Counted from the stretch's first letter, positions 51,745-61,894 are shown. The stretch is DNA of 64,000 nucleotides from an uncultured delta proteobacterium (GCA_963755125.1 CAVWIP010000018.1:64001-128000); one strand, 5' to 3'. Notes: generated from the letters alone by a model not told the origin. Made by a program: numbers and translations.

Positions 51745-52944
51745 GTGGAACAGCTCAAGAAGTCGCGCAGGTCCGGACTCGAGCACCTGGTGAGGTTCGC
51801 CAAGGAGATGCCCGTGCTGTCTCCGCGTGAAATCTACCGGCGGCTCGAGGAACTCGGCTATCGCGGCCAGAATGAAGCGCGCCGGGCGGTTTCGCTGATG
51901 GCCTACCGCCACGTCCGCCGCATCAAGCGCATCTACGTCGACGGGGTTAAGCGCGAGCACCTGCTGCCCAAATCCAACACCTTGCTCATCGGCCCCACCG
52001 GGTGCGGCAAGACCTTTCTGGTCGAGTTGCTGTTCCAGCAGATCCTGCACCTGCCCACCGCGATCATTGACATCACCACCTATTCGGAAACCGGCTACGT
52101 CGGCCAGGACCCGAGCACCATCCTCACCCGTCTTCTGCACGCGGCGGACGACAATCCCCTTTTGGCTGCCATCGGCATCGTGTGTCTGGACGAGTTCGAC
52201 AAGATCGCCTCGGGCCAGAACAACGCCGTGTTCGCCGGCGCCGGGACCACCAAGGACGTGACCGGCCTGGGCGTGCAGCGCGAGTTGCTCAAGATGCTGG
52301 AGGCCTCCGAAGTGGTGGTGCCGCTGGAGGTGACCCATTCCAGCTACAACGACCACGTGCTGATGTCGACCGCCGATGTGGCGTTCATCGCAGCCGGGGC
52401 GTTCTCCGGTTTTCACCAGGTGGCGCGCCGGCGCGCCGCCGGAGATTCCATCGGGTTTGGCCGCAGTCCCCAGGGCAGCGGTGCGCCCGACGCGGTCGCC
52501 GTCAGCTACACGCCGGAAGAAGTCGAGCACGTGGCCAATTTCCAGGCCTACGGCTTTCTCCCCGAGCTGCTCGCGCGTTTCTCGCGTTTCGTGCCCTTCC
52601 AGGCGCTGGACGCGGCTACCCTGACCGACATCCTGAAATCTAACGTGGTCGACCGCCTGACCCGGGAATTCGAGGAAGAAGGTTTCGAGCTGCAGGTCGA
52701 GGAGCCGGTCATTCAGAAGATCGTGGCCGAGAGCCTGAAACGCGAAACCGGCGCGCGCGGCCTGCAACAGGTGCTCACCCGCCACATCGAGAACGCCGCC
52801 TTCGAGTCATTCGCCGAGGCCGCGAGCGGCCGCGTGCGCGTGTATCTGGACGGCGGCTCGATCAGGGTGGAGGCCGATGTGCAAGGGGAACGGTCGAACG
52901 ACGACAACCCGAACGAGCCGAGCCCGGAGGAGAAGCCGGCGTAG
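51745..52944 (+). CDS. ClpX-like AAA+ ATPase without the N-terminal zinc-binding domain
   Basis: GPTGCGKT, GYVG pore loop, LDEFDK, SIGF loop, TGARGL. Confidence 0.85.
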   Translation: MEQLKKSRRSGLEHLVRFAKEMPVLSPREIYRRLEELGYRGQNEARRAVSLMAYRHVRRIKRIYVDGVKREHLLPKSNTLLIGPTGCGKTFLVELLFQQILHLPTAIIDITTYSETGYVGQDPSTILTRLLHAADDNPLLAAIGIVCLDEFDKIASGQNNAVFAGAGTTKDVTGLGVQRELLKMLEASEVVVPLEVTHSSYNDHVLMSTADVAFIAAGAFSGFHQVARRRAAGDSIGFGRSPQGSGAPDAVAVSYTPEEVEHVANFQAYGFLPELLARFSRFVPFQALDAATLTDILKSNVVDRLTREFEEEGFELQVEEPVIQKIVAESLKRETGARGLQQVLTRHIENAAFESFAEAASGRVRVYLDGGSIRVEADVQGERSNDDNPNEPSPEEKPA

Positions 52945-52960
52945 GCGCGATCTGCGGTCT

Positions 52961-53791
52961 CTATCCCCCCGGCTTCTGGGGCAGATATCCCGGCGGCCGT
53001 TCAAGCAGGAAGGCATCAGCCTGAAAGGAAGGATTGACGATGCGATCCCGGACCTTGATCTCCACGCCGTCGTCGAAATCGCGCCCCGGCTCGGCGAAGC
53101 GTATGAGCTTGGGGAAGGACGGACCGTCGCTGCGTTGCAAATCCTCGTAGGACACGCGCCAGCGGGCACGGGCGAACGCGGGTTGACCCGCGACCGCCAC
53201 CACGTCCCAGGCGGCGACCAGAGGCGCCGGCCGGCGCAGACTGACCCACAACTCATCCCCGTCCGGGGTTTGCAGGTGCAGCACGTCCGCGCCTCGCTCC
53301 CACCCGACGTCGAGCGCCTTGCTTCCCTCGGGAAGAAACACATCGCCCAGCAGGATGGCGGCCACCGCCTGGGCTGGCAGGGGAATGCGAATCAAGGACG
53401 CCACGTCACTGGGAGTGGCCAGCCCCTGGCGAAAGGTCTTCTTCTGGTGGTCGACGAATACGAAGTTGCCCTCGTGAACCGCCAGCACGGCCACCGTGCC
53501 CTGCAACGATACCTCGGCCTCGAAGCGTAAGTTTCCAGCGCGCTCGACCAGCATCTGCACCGTGCCGCGCACGCGCTCGCCTCCCAGCCAGCTCGTGGTG
53601 CGCGTCTCCAGATTCAGGCTGTGCATGGCGGCTTGGCGCGCACGCAGCGCCTCCAGCAGCTCATCGGTGGTGGGAGCCGGATAGGTCCGTTGCGTGGGCG
53701 CGGTCGCACAGGTGGCAAACATGAGAACGACGGCAAGAACTGCACAACCGCCCAAACCTCGGCAGACGCTGTGAACTGTCATCCGCTGCAT
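52961..53791 (-). CDS. Putative lipoprotein, possibly LolA/LolB-like fold
   Basis: Hydrophobic leader plus Cys (FATC); beta-rich body; fold is inferred. Confidence 0.6.
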   Translation of the reverse strand: MQRMTVHSVCRGLGGCAVLAVVLMFATCATAPTQRTYPAPTTDELLEALRARQAAMHSLNLETRTTSWLGGERVRGTVQMLVERAGNLRFEAEVSLQGTVAVLAVHEGNFVFVDHQKKTFRQGLATPSDVASLIRIPLPAQAVAAILLGDVFLPEGSKALDVGWERGADVLHLQTPDGDELWVSLRRPAPLVAAWDVVAVAGQPAFARARWRVSYEDLQRSDGPSFPKLIRFAEPGRDFDDGVEIKVRDRIVNPSFQADAFLLERPPGYLPQKPGG

Positions 53792-53794
53792 CCG

Positions 53795-55561
53795 CTATCG
53801 CCCGGCGGCGCGCCGGGATTCGATGCCTGCCAGGCTCTCCTCCAGGCGCCGGCGCAGGCGCTCCTCGGGTTTCCGGCTCAAGGCCTTGCGGTACGCGGCC
53901 ACGGCCCGCTCAGGCTCCGATCGCTTTGCGTACAAGTCCCCGAGGTGGGAGAGGATCTCGGCGTCGCCGGGTTCCAGCCGCCCGGCCTGCTCCAGAAAGA
54001 GAGCAGCCTTGTCCATCTGGCCCGCGCGAAAGCTCACCCAGCCCAGGCTGTCCAGCACGGCGCCCGAACCAGGTTCCAGGGCCGCCGCCGCCTGCAGCCG
54101 CTTGCGTGCCTTGTCCAGATCGTGGCCGTGGTCCGCCGCGACGAAGCCCCAGAAGTTGAGCGCCTCCACCGAGCCCGGCTTCTTCTTGATAAGTGGCTCG
54201 ACCAGGTCGAGGGCATGCTGCCAAGCGCCCCTTCGTTCCTCGATCATGGCCAAGCTCAGGGTCAGGTGGGCCTGGTCCGGCTGGCTGGCCCGCAGCGCCT
54301 CCAGCCTGCGTGTGGCCATGATAGCATCGCCGCGCTTCTCGTCGATGAAAGCCAGCGAAATCGCCGCGTCGACCTTCTGTCCCGCATCGTCGCTGGCCGC
54401 CGCGCTCTCCAGCTGGCGCGCGGCCTCGCTGGTCTTGCCCTCATCGCGCAGCAACTCCGCCGCACGCACATGCGCCTCGAAGAAGAGTGGCGAAGCCTTG
54501 GGCACCGCAAGCAGGGTCGCCACCGCCTCATCGTCTTGGCCCTGCTCCTTGAGCAGCGCCGCCTTGGTCAGCGCCAGCCGCGTCTTGGCGTCGTCAGAGA
54601 CGCCTGCCTCCTGCGCCTTCTTCACCAGGGCCAGGGCTCGGTCCAGCCGGTGCGCCGAACGCTCCAGCTCGATGCTGCCGGACAGCCCCTCGGGATCCGA
54701 GCCGGCCAGGGGAGACACGAGATCGTCGGCCAACTGCTCGGCGGCCTGGTTGTCGCCGATGCTCACCAGAAAACGCGCGTAGGCCGCCGCGATCTCCAGC
54801 GCCCCTTCTCCCCGGTCGAGGTCTTCGCGAAACGCCCGCCGGGACTCGTCGTTGCGCCCCTGCGCCGCCAGCAGCCACGCGAGGGCAGTGAGCGCCTCGA
54901 TGTGGTTGGGCTCCTCGGCCAGCGTCTGGCGCAGTTGCGCTTCAGTCTGCCCCACGTCCCCGAGAGCCCAGGCCACGGCCATGAGCCGCATGTGCCCCGC
55001 AAGCGACGCTGGTTCTCGCCGGCAGAGATCGGCCAAGGTGCTGGCCGCACCCGGGACGTCGAGCGCAAGGATCTGTGCCTCCGCCAGCTCGAGATAAACC
55101 ATCTCGGCGGTGTCGGTATCGTCGGCCAGATCCACCTTGCCCACTGCCTCTCGCAATGACTGCACCGATCCGGCCACGTCACCCTGCGCCTGGCGCAGAT
55201 GCCCCTCGGCCATCAAGCCGTCGGCCGTGACCTCAATCTTGAGCGAGGCACGGATGGCCGCGGCGGCGTCGGATAGCCGACCCAGGCGAATGAAGATCTC
55301 GGCCAGGTGCGCCTGCAGCTCGGGCGATTCGTCGTCGAAAACCAGGGCGCGCTGCAGCTCTGCGGCGGCGTCCTGCCAGCGCTCGTCCTCTTCATAGAGG
55401 AACGCCCGGCTGGCGTGCTCGTAGGCGCTGGCATTCACCGAGCGCGTAACGATCTGCCGGTCGTTGACTAGCTTGGTGACAGGCGGTGGCTGGGTAGCGC
55501 AAGCCCCCAGGCACACGGCCGCCAGGGCAAGGAATGTTTGCCTGGCGGTTCGCGAAATCAC
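53795..55561 (-). CDS. TPR-repeat lipoprotein
   Basis: Lipobox LGAC; multiple TPRs (ALNFWGF, LDSLGW, ILSHLGD). Confidence 0.85.
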   Translation of the reverse strand: MISRTARQTFLALAAVCLGACATQPPPVTKLVNDRQIVTRSVNASAYEHASRAFLYEEDERWQDAAAELQRALVFDDESPELQAHLAEIFIRLGRLSDAAAAIRASLKIEVTADGLMAEGHLRQAQGDVAGSVQSLREAVGKVDLADDTDTAEMVYLELAEAQILALDVPGAASTLADLCRREPASLAGHMRLMAVAWALGDVGQTEAQLRQTLAEEPNHIEALTALAWLLAAQGRNDESRRAFREDLDRGEGALEIAAAYARFLVSIGDNQAAEQLADDLVSPLAGSDPEGLSGSIELERSAHRLDRALALVKKAQEAGVSDDAKTRLALTKAALLKEQGQDDEAVATLLAVPKASPLFFEAHVRAAELLRDEGKTSEAARQLESAAASDDAGQKVDAAISLAFIDEKRGDAIMATRRLEALRASQPDQAHLTLSLAMIEERRGAWQHALDLVEPLIKKKPGSVEALNFWGFVAADHGHDLDKARKRLQAAAALEPGSGAVLDSLGWVSFRAGQMDKAALFLEQAGRLEPGDAEILSHLGDLYAKRSEPERAVAAYRKALSRKPEERLRRRLEESLAGIESRRAAGR

Positions 55562-55618
55562 CCCGTCAGGCTAGCACAGGGCAGGCCGGCCCAAGGGTGT
55601 TGTGTTGACACTGTCGCG

Positions 55619-56447
55619 CTACTTTGGCGTGGTCATCACCGTGCCAGGAGAAGTGTAGTTCGTCCAGTAGACGTTCGTGTCGTCAACCGCAATGCCGTAG
55701 GCGGCGCTTTGGCCCAAGGCGAGAGGCGTAGTGGTACCGCCATCGGTGGACATCTTCATCACCGAGGGGCCGTAGTCCGTGGCGTCCGTCCCGTCAGCAT
55801 CTCGTACACGATGATGGCGAAGGAATAGATGTCCGAACGAAGGTCGACGTCTGCGCTGTCCTTGCACTGCTCCGGCGACATGTACGCCGGGCTACCCATG
55901 ATCAGGCCGGTTTGCGTGCGCAGCGTTCCGCCCGTACCGCCGGCGCGCTTTATCTTGGCGATGCCAAAATCCAGGATCTTCACCCGCTCGCCGCCTGGCG
56001 CGCCCAGATCCGGCACCAGGAACAGGTTCTCCGGCTTCAGATCGCGGTGCACGATCCCGGCGGCGTGGGCAGCGGCCAGGGCCGAGCCGGCCTGGCGCGC
56101 GATCTCCAGGGTCTGCGGCAGGGTGAGACGGCCGCGCTCTGCCAGGCGTCTCTGCAGCGACACCCCTTCGAGAAACTCCATCAGGATGTAGGGCGCACCC
56201 TCGGGAGTCACACCAGCGTCGAAGACTTCGATGATGTTACGATGGCGGATGGCGCTAGCTGCGCGTGCCTCGTTGAGAAAACGCCGGACCAGTTCCGCGT
56301 CCTGCGCCAGCGCCGTGTGCAGTACCTTCACGGCGGCGCGGCGCTCGATGAGCGGGTTCTCGGCAAGGTAGACCTCCCCGAACCCGCCTTCGCCGAGTAG
56401 CCGGACGATGCGGTAGTTGCCAAACAGGTGGCCAGGCTGCAGGCCAT
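55619..56447 (-). pseudogene. Broken paralog of the adjacent Ser/Thr kinase, joined to a beta-propeller-like C-terminal remnant
   Basis: One C missing after ATG GCC; kinase similarity ends at YEMLTGRTP (~55781); another frame reads TDYGPSVMK…GIAVDDTNVYWTN…K-stop. Confidence 0.8.
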
Positions 56448-56540
56448 GCGCGTTTCGGCCCTAGCGTACTCCCGGCTACACCACGAACAAGCGGATTCTG
56501 ACTCCCTTGGCCACTCGACGACCGGCCCAGGACGATCGGG

Positions 56541-57926
56541 CTAGTGAACGAACCATTCTTCGTCCGGTCTCTTCTTCTTGCTGGCGGGCGGGAAGCCCGG
56601 CTCTCTTGCAGCCGCGTGTACCCGCTTCCTGGCGGGCGGCGCCCCGGCCGCCGCGGGTGGGGCCGCCTCGCTCTCGCGTCCGCCGGGAAGGGCCACCGCC
56701 GAGCCGGCGTCGGGAGGTAGCGTCTGGCGGGCAAACAGGTTTGGCCCGGCAGCGCCTGCGTCCGGGACCACGACCCTCGCCGTGCTTGTCGTTGCCTGCG
56801 GGGTAGAGTCGAGGCCGGGTCGCAGCAGCAGAAACAGCGCCAGCCCCGCCGCCGCCGCTCCCCCGACTGCAAAGATCGGCCAGCGCCGGGTTCGCGTGGC
56901 CGTCAACGGCGTATCCTCAGCGGCATCCGCATCGACCTCGCCGGTTGCGCGCGAAAGCGTGGTGACCGCCTGAGCCGCAACAGTCCGCCCAGAACCAGGC
57001 GCCGGGCTTTCCCCGACCACCGGGATATCCCCCGACGACGACGGTCGCTCCACCGCAGGAGCGGTCCCCCGCGCTTCACCCCGCAAGGCGCCCATGAACG
57101 ATGCAATGCTGTCAAAACGATCATCGCGCGCGCGGGACAGGCCGCGCATGATGGCCGCCTCAACATGGGCGGGCGCGTTGGGCACCCAGTCGCGCAACGG
57201 CGCCGGCGTCCCCGCCAGATGCATGACCAGCATCTCCGTCCCCGATCCCGCCAGGTACGGCGTCCGTCCCGCCAGCATCTCGTAGATGATGGTCGCGAAA
57301 GAATAGATGTCCGAACGCAGGTCGACGTCCGCGCTGTCCTTGCACTGCTCCGGCGACATGTACGCCGGGCTGCCCATGATCAGTCCGGTTTGCGTCCGCA
57401 CCGTTCCGCCCGTGCCCCCGCTGCGCTTTATCTTCGCGATGCCGAAATCCAGGATCTTCACCCGCTCGCCGCCCGGCGCACTCGCCTCCGGCACCAGAAA
57501 CAGGTTCTCCGGCTTCAGATCGCGGTGCACGATCCCGGCGGCATGGGCGGCAGCCAGGGCCGAACCGGCTTGGCGCGCAATTTCCATGGACTGCGGCAGA
57601 GCGAGACGGCCGACGTCGGCCAGACGTTTCTGCAGCGACACCCCTTCGAGAAACTCCATCAGGATGTAGGGCGCGCCCTCGGGCGTCACGCCAGCGTCGA
57701 AGACTTCGATGATGTTGCGATGACGGATGGCACTGGCAGCGCGTGCCTCGTTGAGAAAACGCCGGACCAGCTCGGTGTCCTGCGCCAGAGACGTGTGCAG
57801 GACCTTCACGGCAGCGCGGCGCTCGATGAGCGGGTTCTCGGCAAGGTAGACCTCCCCGAACCCGCCTTCGCCGAGTAACCGAACGATGCGGTAGTTGCCG
57901 AAGAGGTGGCCAGTCTGCAGGGCCAT
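56541..57926 (-). CDS. Membrane-anchored Ser/Thr protein kinase
   Basis: GEGGFG, HRDLKPEN, DFG, YMSPE; one TM segment and a Pro/Ala-rich tail. Confidence 0.93.
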   Translation of the reverse strand: MALQTGHLFGNYRIVRLLGEGGFGEVYLAENPLIERRAAVKVLHTSLAQDTELVRRFLNEARAASAIRHRNIIEVFDAGVTPEGAPYILMEFLEGVSLQKRLADVGRLALPQSMEIARQAGSALAAAHAAGIVHRDLKPENLFLVPEASAPGGERVKILDFGIAKIKRSGGTGGTVRTQTGLIMGSPAYMSPEQCKDSADVDLRSDIYSFATIIYEMLAGRTPYLAGSGTEMLVMHLAGTPAPLRDWVPNAPAHVEAAIMRGLSRARDDRFDSIASFMGALRGEARGTAPAVERPSSSGDIPVVGESPAPGSGRTVAAQAVTTLSRATGEVDADAAEDTPLTATRTRRWPIFAVGGAAAAGLALFLLLRPGLDSTPQATTSTARVVVPDAGAAGPNLFARQTLPPDAGSAVALPGGRESEAAPPAAAGAPPARKRVHAAAREPGFPPASKKKRPDEEWFVH

Positions 57927-57933
57927 GCGCGCT

Positions 57934-58164
57934 TCACACTAGCGTACTACTCGGCGCGCCGTGGGCAAGAGGATTCGCGGTGTTCGCCGCGCCACCCATG
58001 GACTCGTCGGACTTCTGCCGATCCATCGCCGCGCGGTCATAGTCGCCCGTGGCCGTGTTGAAGCGAATGATCGTGTATGCGCTCCCGCGCGCGGGCCCGG
58101 TTTCGGCAGCTTCGCTGTTGAAGCTCGCCACTGCCAGAAATGCAACCAACAAACCCGCCTTCAT
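57934..58164 (-). CDS. Small hypothetical exported protein
   Basis: Signal-peptide-like MKAGLLVAFLAVASFNSEA; fills the gap between same-strand genes. Confidence 0.4.
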   Translation of the reverse strand: MKAGLLVAFLAVASFNSEAAETGPARGSAYTIIRFNTATGDYDRAAMDRQKSDESMGGAANTANPLAHGAPSSTLV

Positions 58165-58233
58165 GGCCGGGTCACCGTTCATGGAAAGACCGAAGCGCGA
58201 TCCTATGCTCCCTCTTCTTTTCACTGGCGCACG

Positions 58234-59148
58234 TCACGGACGGTCGGTTCCAGGCTTGGCGAGGTCGCGCAGCAGCGGGCTGCCTTTGCTACGCAACTCC
58301 TCGATGGTCTTCACGTCCGTGGGATCGGTGGAATCGGCCAGACAGGAAAGTATCTCGGCTGCGTCTTCGGCCGGCGTGCCTGGCGCCAGCACAATCTCGC
58401 GCCATGGCCGAACCGGCGCTGACGGCGGCGTGGGTTTCGCGTGTGGGGCAAGTTGCTGCCGGCACAGGGCCGCGCCCGCCGCTGCCGCCACGCCTGGGTC
58501 GGCATCCTTGCTGGCCTCGCGCAAGGCTGACAGAGACAAGGCGCCGTCGGACGGCAGGACCAGAACGGCAGCGCGGCGGACGTCAGGGGAAGGATCATGG
58601 GTGAGGGCCGACAGGTCGTTCCTGCCAGCGCATAGCGCGTTGGCGTCGGCCAGACTTTGCAAAGCGGCCAGCCGCACGTTGTTTGAACGATCAGTCCTGC
58701 CGGCCGCAACGGACAGAACCCTGCACGCCCGCCCAGCGATCTCATCCGGTACGTCCCATGCCTCGAGAAGAGCTGCATCGGCGTCACCCAGCAGCGCGCC
58801 CAGTGTCTGCAGCGCACGCTCGTCAACCCGTGTGTCGCTCGAATCGCACTGAGCCAGCACGGCGTCGAGCAGCAGCAGACGATCCGGCAGGTAAAGCACG
58901 CTGTCGAGCGCGGCCAGGACCAGGCTGCGATCCGGGTCAGCCAACGCTTTCGCCAGTCGCGCCACTCCGATGCGTGCCGCCCAACGGCCCATCTCCGCCC
59001 TATCGCCGCGCTCGGCCGCCTTGCGCAGGCCCAGCAGGGACACCTCCAGCAGGCCGGTGCGGCGATTGTAAGATGGACGCTCGGCGGTGGCGCTCGGCGC
59101 GATGAACAGCAACGAGGCCAGGGCGCAAACTGCAGCGTTGTGTTTCAT
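58234..59148 (-). CDS. Exported HEAT-repeat protein
   Basis: Signal peptide; LADPDRSLVLAAL, DPSPDVRRAAV and DADPGVAAAA repeats. Confidence 0.7.
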   Translation of the reverse strand: MKHNAAVCALASLLFIAPSATAERPSYNRRTGLLEVSLLGLRKAAERGDRAEMGRWAARIGVARLAKALADPDRSLVLAALDSVLYLPDRLLLLDAVLAQCDSSDTRVDERALQTLGALLGDADAALLEAWDVPDEIAGRACRVLSVAAGRTDRSNNVRLAALQSLADANALCAGRNDLSALTHDPSPDVRRAAVLVLPSDGALSLSALREASKDADPGVAAAAGAALCRQQLAPHAKPTPPSAPVRPWREIVLAPGTPAEDAAEILSCLADSTDPTDVKTIEELRSKGSPLLRDLAKPGTDRP

Positions 59149-59274
59149 CGGGGGATTCACGCTAGCCGAGCCCAGGCCGCAGCGCAATCTCCGGCGGTTG
59201 GAGGGCGGCGGAGCCGGAAGCCGAGGGCCGGTGGCCGCGACCGGATCCGGATTCGGGACCGACAAAGGCGGACA

Positions 59275-60741
59275 CTAGCGAGCCAGATCGGCACTGCGGC
59301 CGGTCAGGCCCGCCGGCACAGGCAGTCCCAGCGCTGAAAGGATGGTGGGAAAAAGATCGGCCGTGCACAAGGGGCGATCGCTCGCCCAGCACGCGTTGAC
59401 CGCGGCCGGTACCAGCATGTGGTCGCGTTCCAGCGCCCCGTGCGAGCCATTGTGCGGCTGGTACTCGAAGCGTGAGCGTAGGTCGAAGCCAGCACGGGCG
59501 CACACGACCAGATCGCCGGCGCGGGGCGAGCGAAAGAATTCCACCAACTGCCAGGGCGCATCGGGAAACCCGGTGCCAGTCGTTAGGGCGGCCACCTCGT
59601 CACGGGTCATGCGATCGGGCAAGGCACCGTAGCCCAGTGGGTTCTCGCCCTCGACGGAGAATCCCATGCGGGCCGACGGGGGCGCGTCCTCGGCCGCAGC
59701 TTCACGCGCGTCTACCACCGCCCGACCCGCATTTCCCGCCAGCACATAAACCCCGGGCGTACGTCGGTAGATGACATGCGCGATGGCGGAATGGGCAAGC
59801 AACGCGGCCACCAACTCCGCCGGCTTCTTGCCGGGCGCTTCAAAGTCGGGTCGTTCCTGCCAGCCGGTCTCGCCCTGCAAGTAGAGGTTGGCCATCGAGT
59901 TGCCCGAGACCATGGCCGCGGCTTGCGCCGAAAGGAGGTGGCGCCACAGCTTGGGGTAGACCAGCGTGCGCGGATACAGCGGCCGAATGAGATCGTCGAT
60001 GTCCACATGGGTATGGGTTCCCGTCTGTCCGTGGTCCGAAGTGATCACCATCAGCGTGCGCGCCAGCGTGCCCTGCCGGTGCAACGTCTCGATCAACCGC
60101 CCCAGGCTGGCGTCGAAGCGACGGTAGGCTTCGTAGCTTTGTTCAGTCTGCGGTCCGAAGCGGTGCCCCAGTTCGTCGATCGAGGGAAACACGGCGTACA
60201 CCGACGGAAACCCGCGCTGCCAGGCGCGCCGCACGGCCGCCTCGGCCTGCAGATTCGACGCCTGCCAGTCGGTGGTGGCCAGCGCCTTCATAAAGGTCGC
60301 GCCCTTGGAGAAGCGGGTCATGCGCGCGCGCGACGGACAGCCGCGCACGAACCAGGTGTTCACGTCGGCCAGGCCGGGTATGTGGTGAAAGAGCGTGCGC
60401 ACGGCAGCCGGGATGTCGCGCTCCAGTTTGGCCGCACGCCAGGGCGCCATGTACGAGCGCGTGCGAAAGAGAAAGTTGCCGCGCTTACCCGAGGGGCGCT
60501 CGGCCCAGCGAATGCCGGGGAGATTGGCGCGCCCCGGGTGCAGGCCACACAGCAGGGGCAGGTGCGCCGGGCCGCTGACCGAGGGGAACACCGAGGTGGC
60601 GGGGCGCAAGCCGCCGCACTCGACGAAGTGCCGGCGCAGGTTGGGCATCTCACCTGCCAGCGCCATACGTTCCACCACGTCCCAGCGCGCGCCGTCGGCC
60701 AGGATGGCGAGCACGCGGTCGAAGCGAGTCGGCTCTCGCAT
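59275..60741 (-). CDS. Alkaline phosphatase superfamily / nucleotide pyrophosphatase-phosphodiesterase
   Basis: ILADG, FPSVS, DELGH, TSDHG, GSHG metal-ligand motifs. Confidence 0.88.
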   Translation of the reverse strand: MREPTRFDRVLAILADGARWDVVERMALAGEMPNLRRHFVECGGLRPATSVFPSVSGPAHLPLLCGLHPGRANLPGIRWAERPSGKRGNFLFRTRSYMAPWRAAKLERDIPAAVRTLFHHIPGLADVNTWFVRGCPSRARMTRFSKGATFMKALATTDWQASNLQAEAAVRRAWQRGFPSVYAVFPSIDELGHRFGPQTEQSYEAYRRFDASLGRLIETLHRQGTLARTLMVITSDHGQTGTHTHVDIDDLIRPLYPRTLVYPKLWRHLLSAQAAAMVSGNSMANLYLQGETGWQERPDFEAPGKKPAELVAALLAHSAIAHVIYRRTPGVYVLAGNAGRAVVDAREAAAEDAPPSARMGFSVEGENPLGYGALPDRMTRDEVAALTTGTGFPDAPWQLVEFFRSPRAGDLVVCARAGFDLRSRFEYQPHNGSHGALERDHMLVPAAVNACWASDRPLCTADLFPTILSALGLPVPAGLTGRSADLAR

Positions 60742-60787
60742 CGCATCCGTCTACCATGGATTCTCCCGTCCGGTAGACTTGGGCCCC

Positions 60788-61894
60788 ATGGTTTCCCGTC
60801 CAGCCCTGGTGACTCTGACTGGGATTTGCCTGGCTTTCCTGCTGGCAATCGCGTCGCGCATTCCCGCCGCCCGATCGCTGCCAGCGCACAGTCAAACCGG
60901 TGAGCCGGCCAGTGCGTCGTCCTTGCAGACCACGCCCGTGCCAGAAGCGGCCGATGTCAAACAGCGCGGAGTGGCGCTGGGCCTCTTCGCCGAAGACGTC
61001 AGCTTCTCCTACGCACCCTTGCTGCAAGAGATCGTAGCGCTGGGCGCGACCCACGTGTCACTGGTCGTGCCCTTCTATCAAAGGCATGCGGCCTCGACCG
61101 CATTGAGGCTCCACACCCGACTGTCGCCCACCCTGGAAGCCATCGCAGATGCCATTCGGCTTTCGCGCCGGGCCGGGTTGGAAGTCACCCTCTTCCCCAT
61201 CGTGCGGCTTTCCGAACCGCGCAGCCCCAAGGAATGGCGGGGCACGCTGGCGCCCGCGGATCGGGACGCGTGGTTCGCCAGCTACGGCTCCCTGCTGGCG
61301 GACCTGGCCTCGCTGGGCGCGCTGACCGGCGTCTCGCGCCTGGTGGTGGGCAGCGAACTCTCGTCGCTGGACGGCGATCTGGCGCACTGGCGGCCCCTGG
61401 TCGGACGCATCCGAGCTCTCTTCACTGGCACTCTCATCTACTCAGCCAACTGGGACCACTACCAGGACGCGCGGCTTTATGAACTGATGGACGAAATCGG
61501 CGTGGTCGCCTACTTCAACCTGCGCGCGAAAGACGGCCCCAGTGATGTGGCCGCGCTGACCGAGCGCTGGCGCAGCCTGCGACGCGAAATCGAGTTCAAC
61601 CTGGCCGCGTACGCCAAGCCTCTCGTGTTGACCGAGTTGGGCTACCGTTCGCGCGCCGGTGCAACCGCCGCACCCTGGGACGAAGTCCCAGGTGGCGTGC
61701 CCGACGTGGATGAGCAAACCCGCGCCTTCCAGGCCTTCCGACAGGCGTGGACCGCCGGCGGGCTGCCCTCTTCGCACCTGGCCGGACTCTACCTGTGGAA
61801 CTGGTACGGCTATGGCGGCCCAGAAACCACCAGCTACACCCCGCGTGGCAAGCCCGCTGTGGATGTCGTCCGGCAGATCCTGGGCGAGATGTAG
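60788..61894 (+). CDS. Exported GH113-like TIM-barrel glycoside hydrolase
   Basis: WRG, WFASY, GSEL, YSANWD, AYF, TELGY; signal peptide. Confidence 0.78.
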   Translation: MVSRPALVTLTGICLAFLLAIASRIPAARSLPAHSQTGEPASASSLQTTPVPEAADVKQRGVALGLFAEDVSFSYAPLLQEIVALGATHVSLVVPFYQRHAASTALRLHTRLSPTLEAIADAIRLSRRAGLEVTLFPIVRLSEPRSPKEWRGTLAPADRDAWFASYGSLLADLASLGALTGVSRLVVGSELSSLDGDLAHWRPLVGRIRALFTGTLIYSANWDHYQDARLYELMDEIGVVAYFNLRAKDGPSDVAALTERWRSLRREIEFNLAAYAKPLVLTELGYRSRAGATAAPWDEVPGGVPDVDEQTRAFQAFRQAWTAGGLPSSHLAGLYLWNWYGYGGPETTSYTPRGKPAVDVVRQILGEM

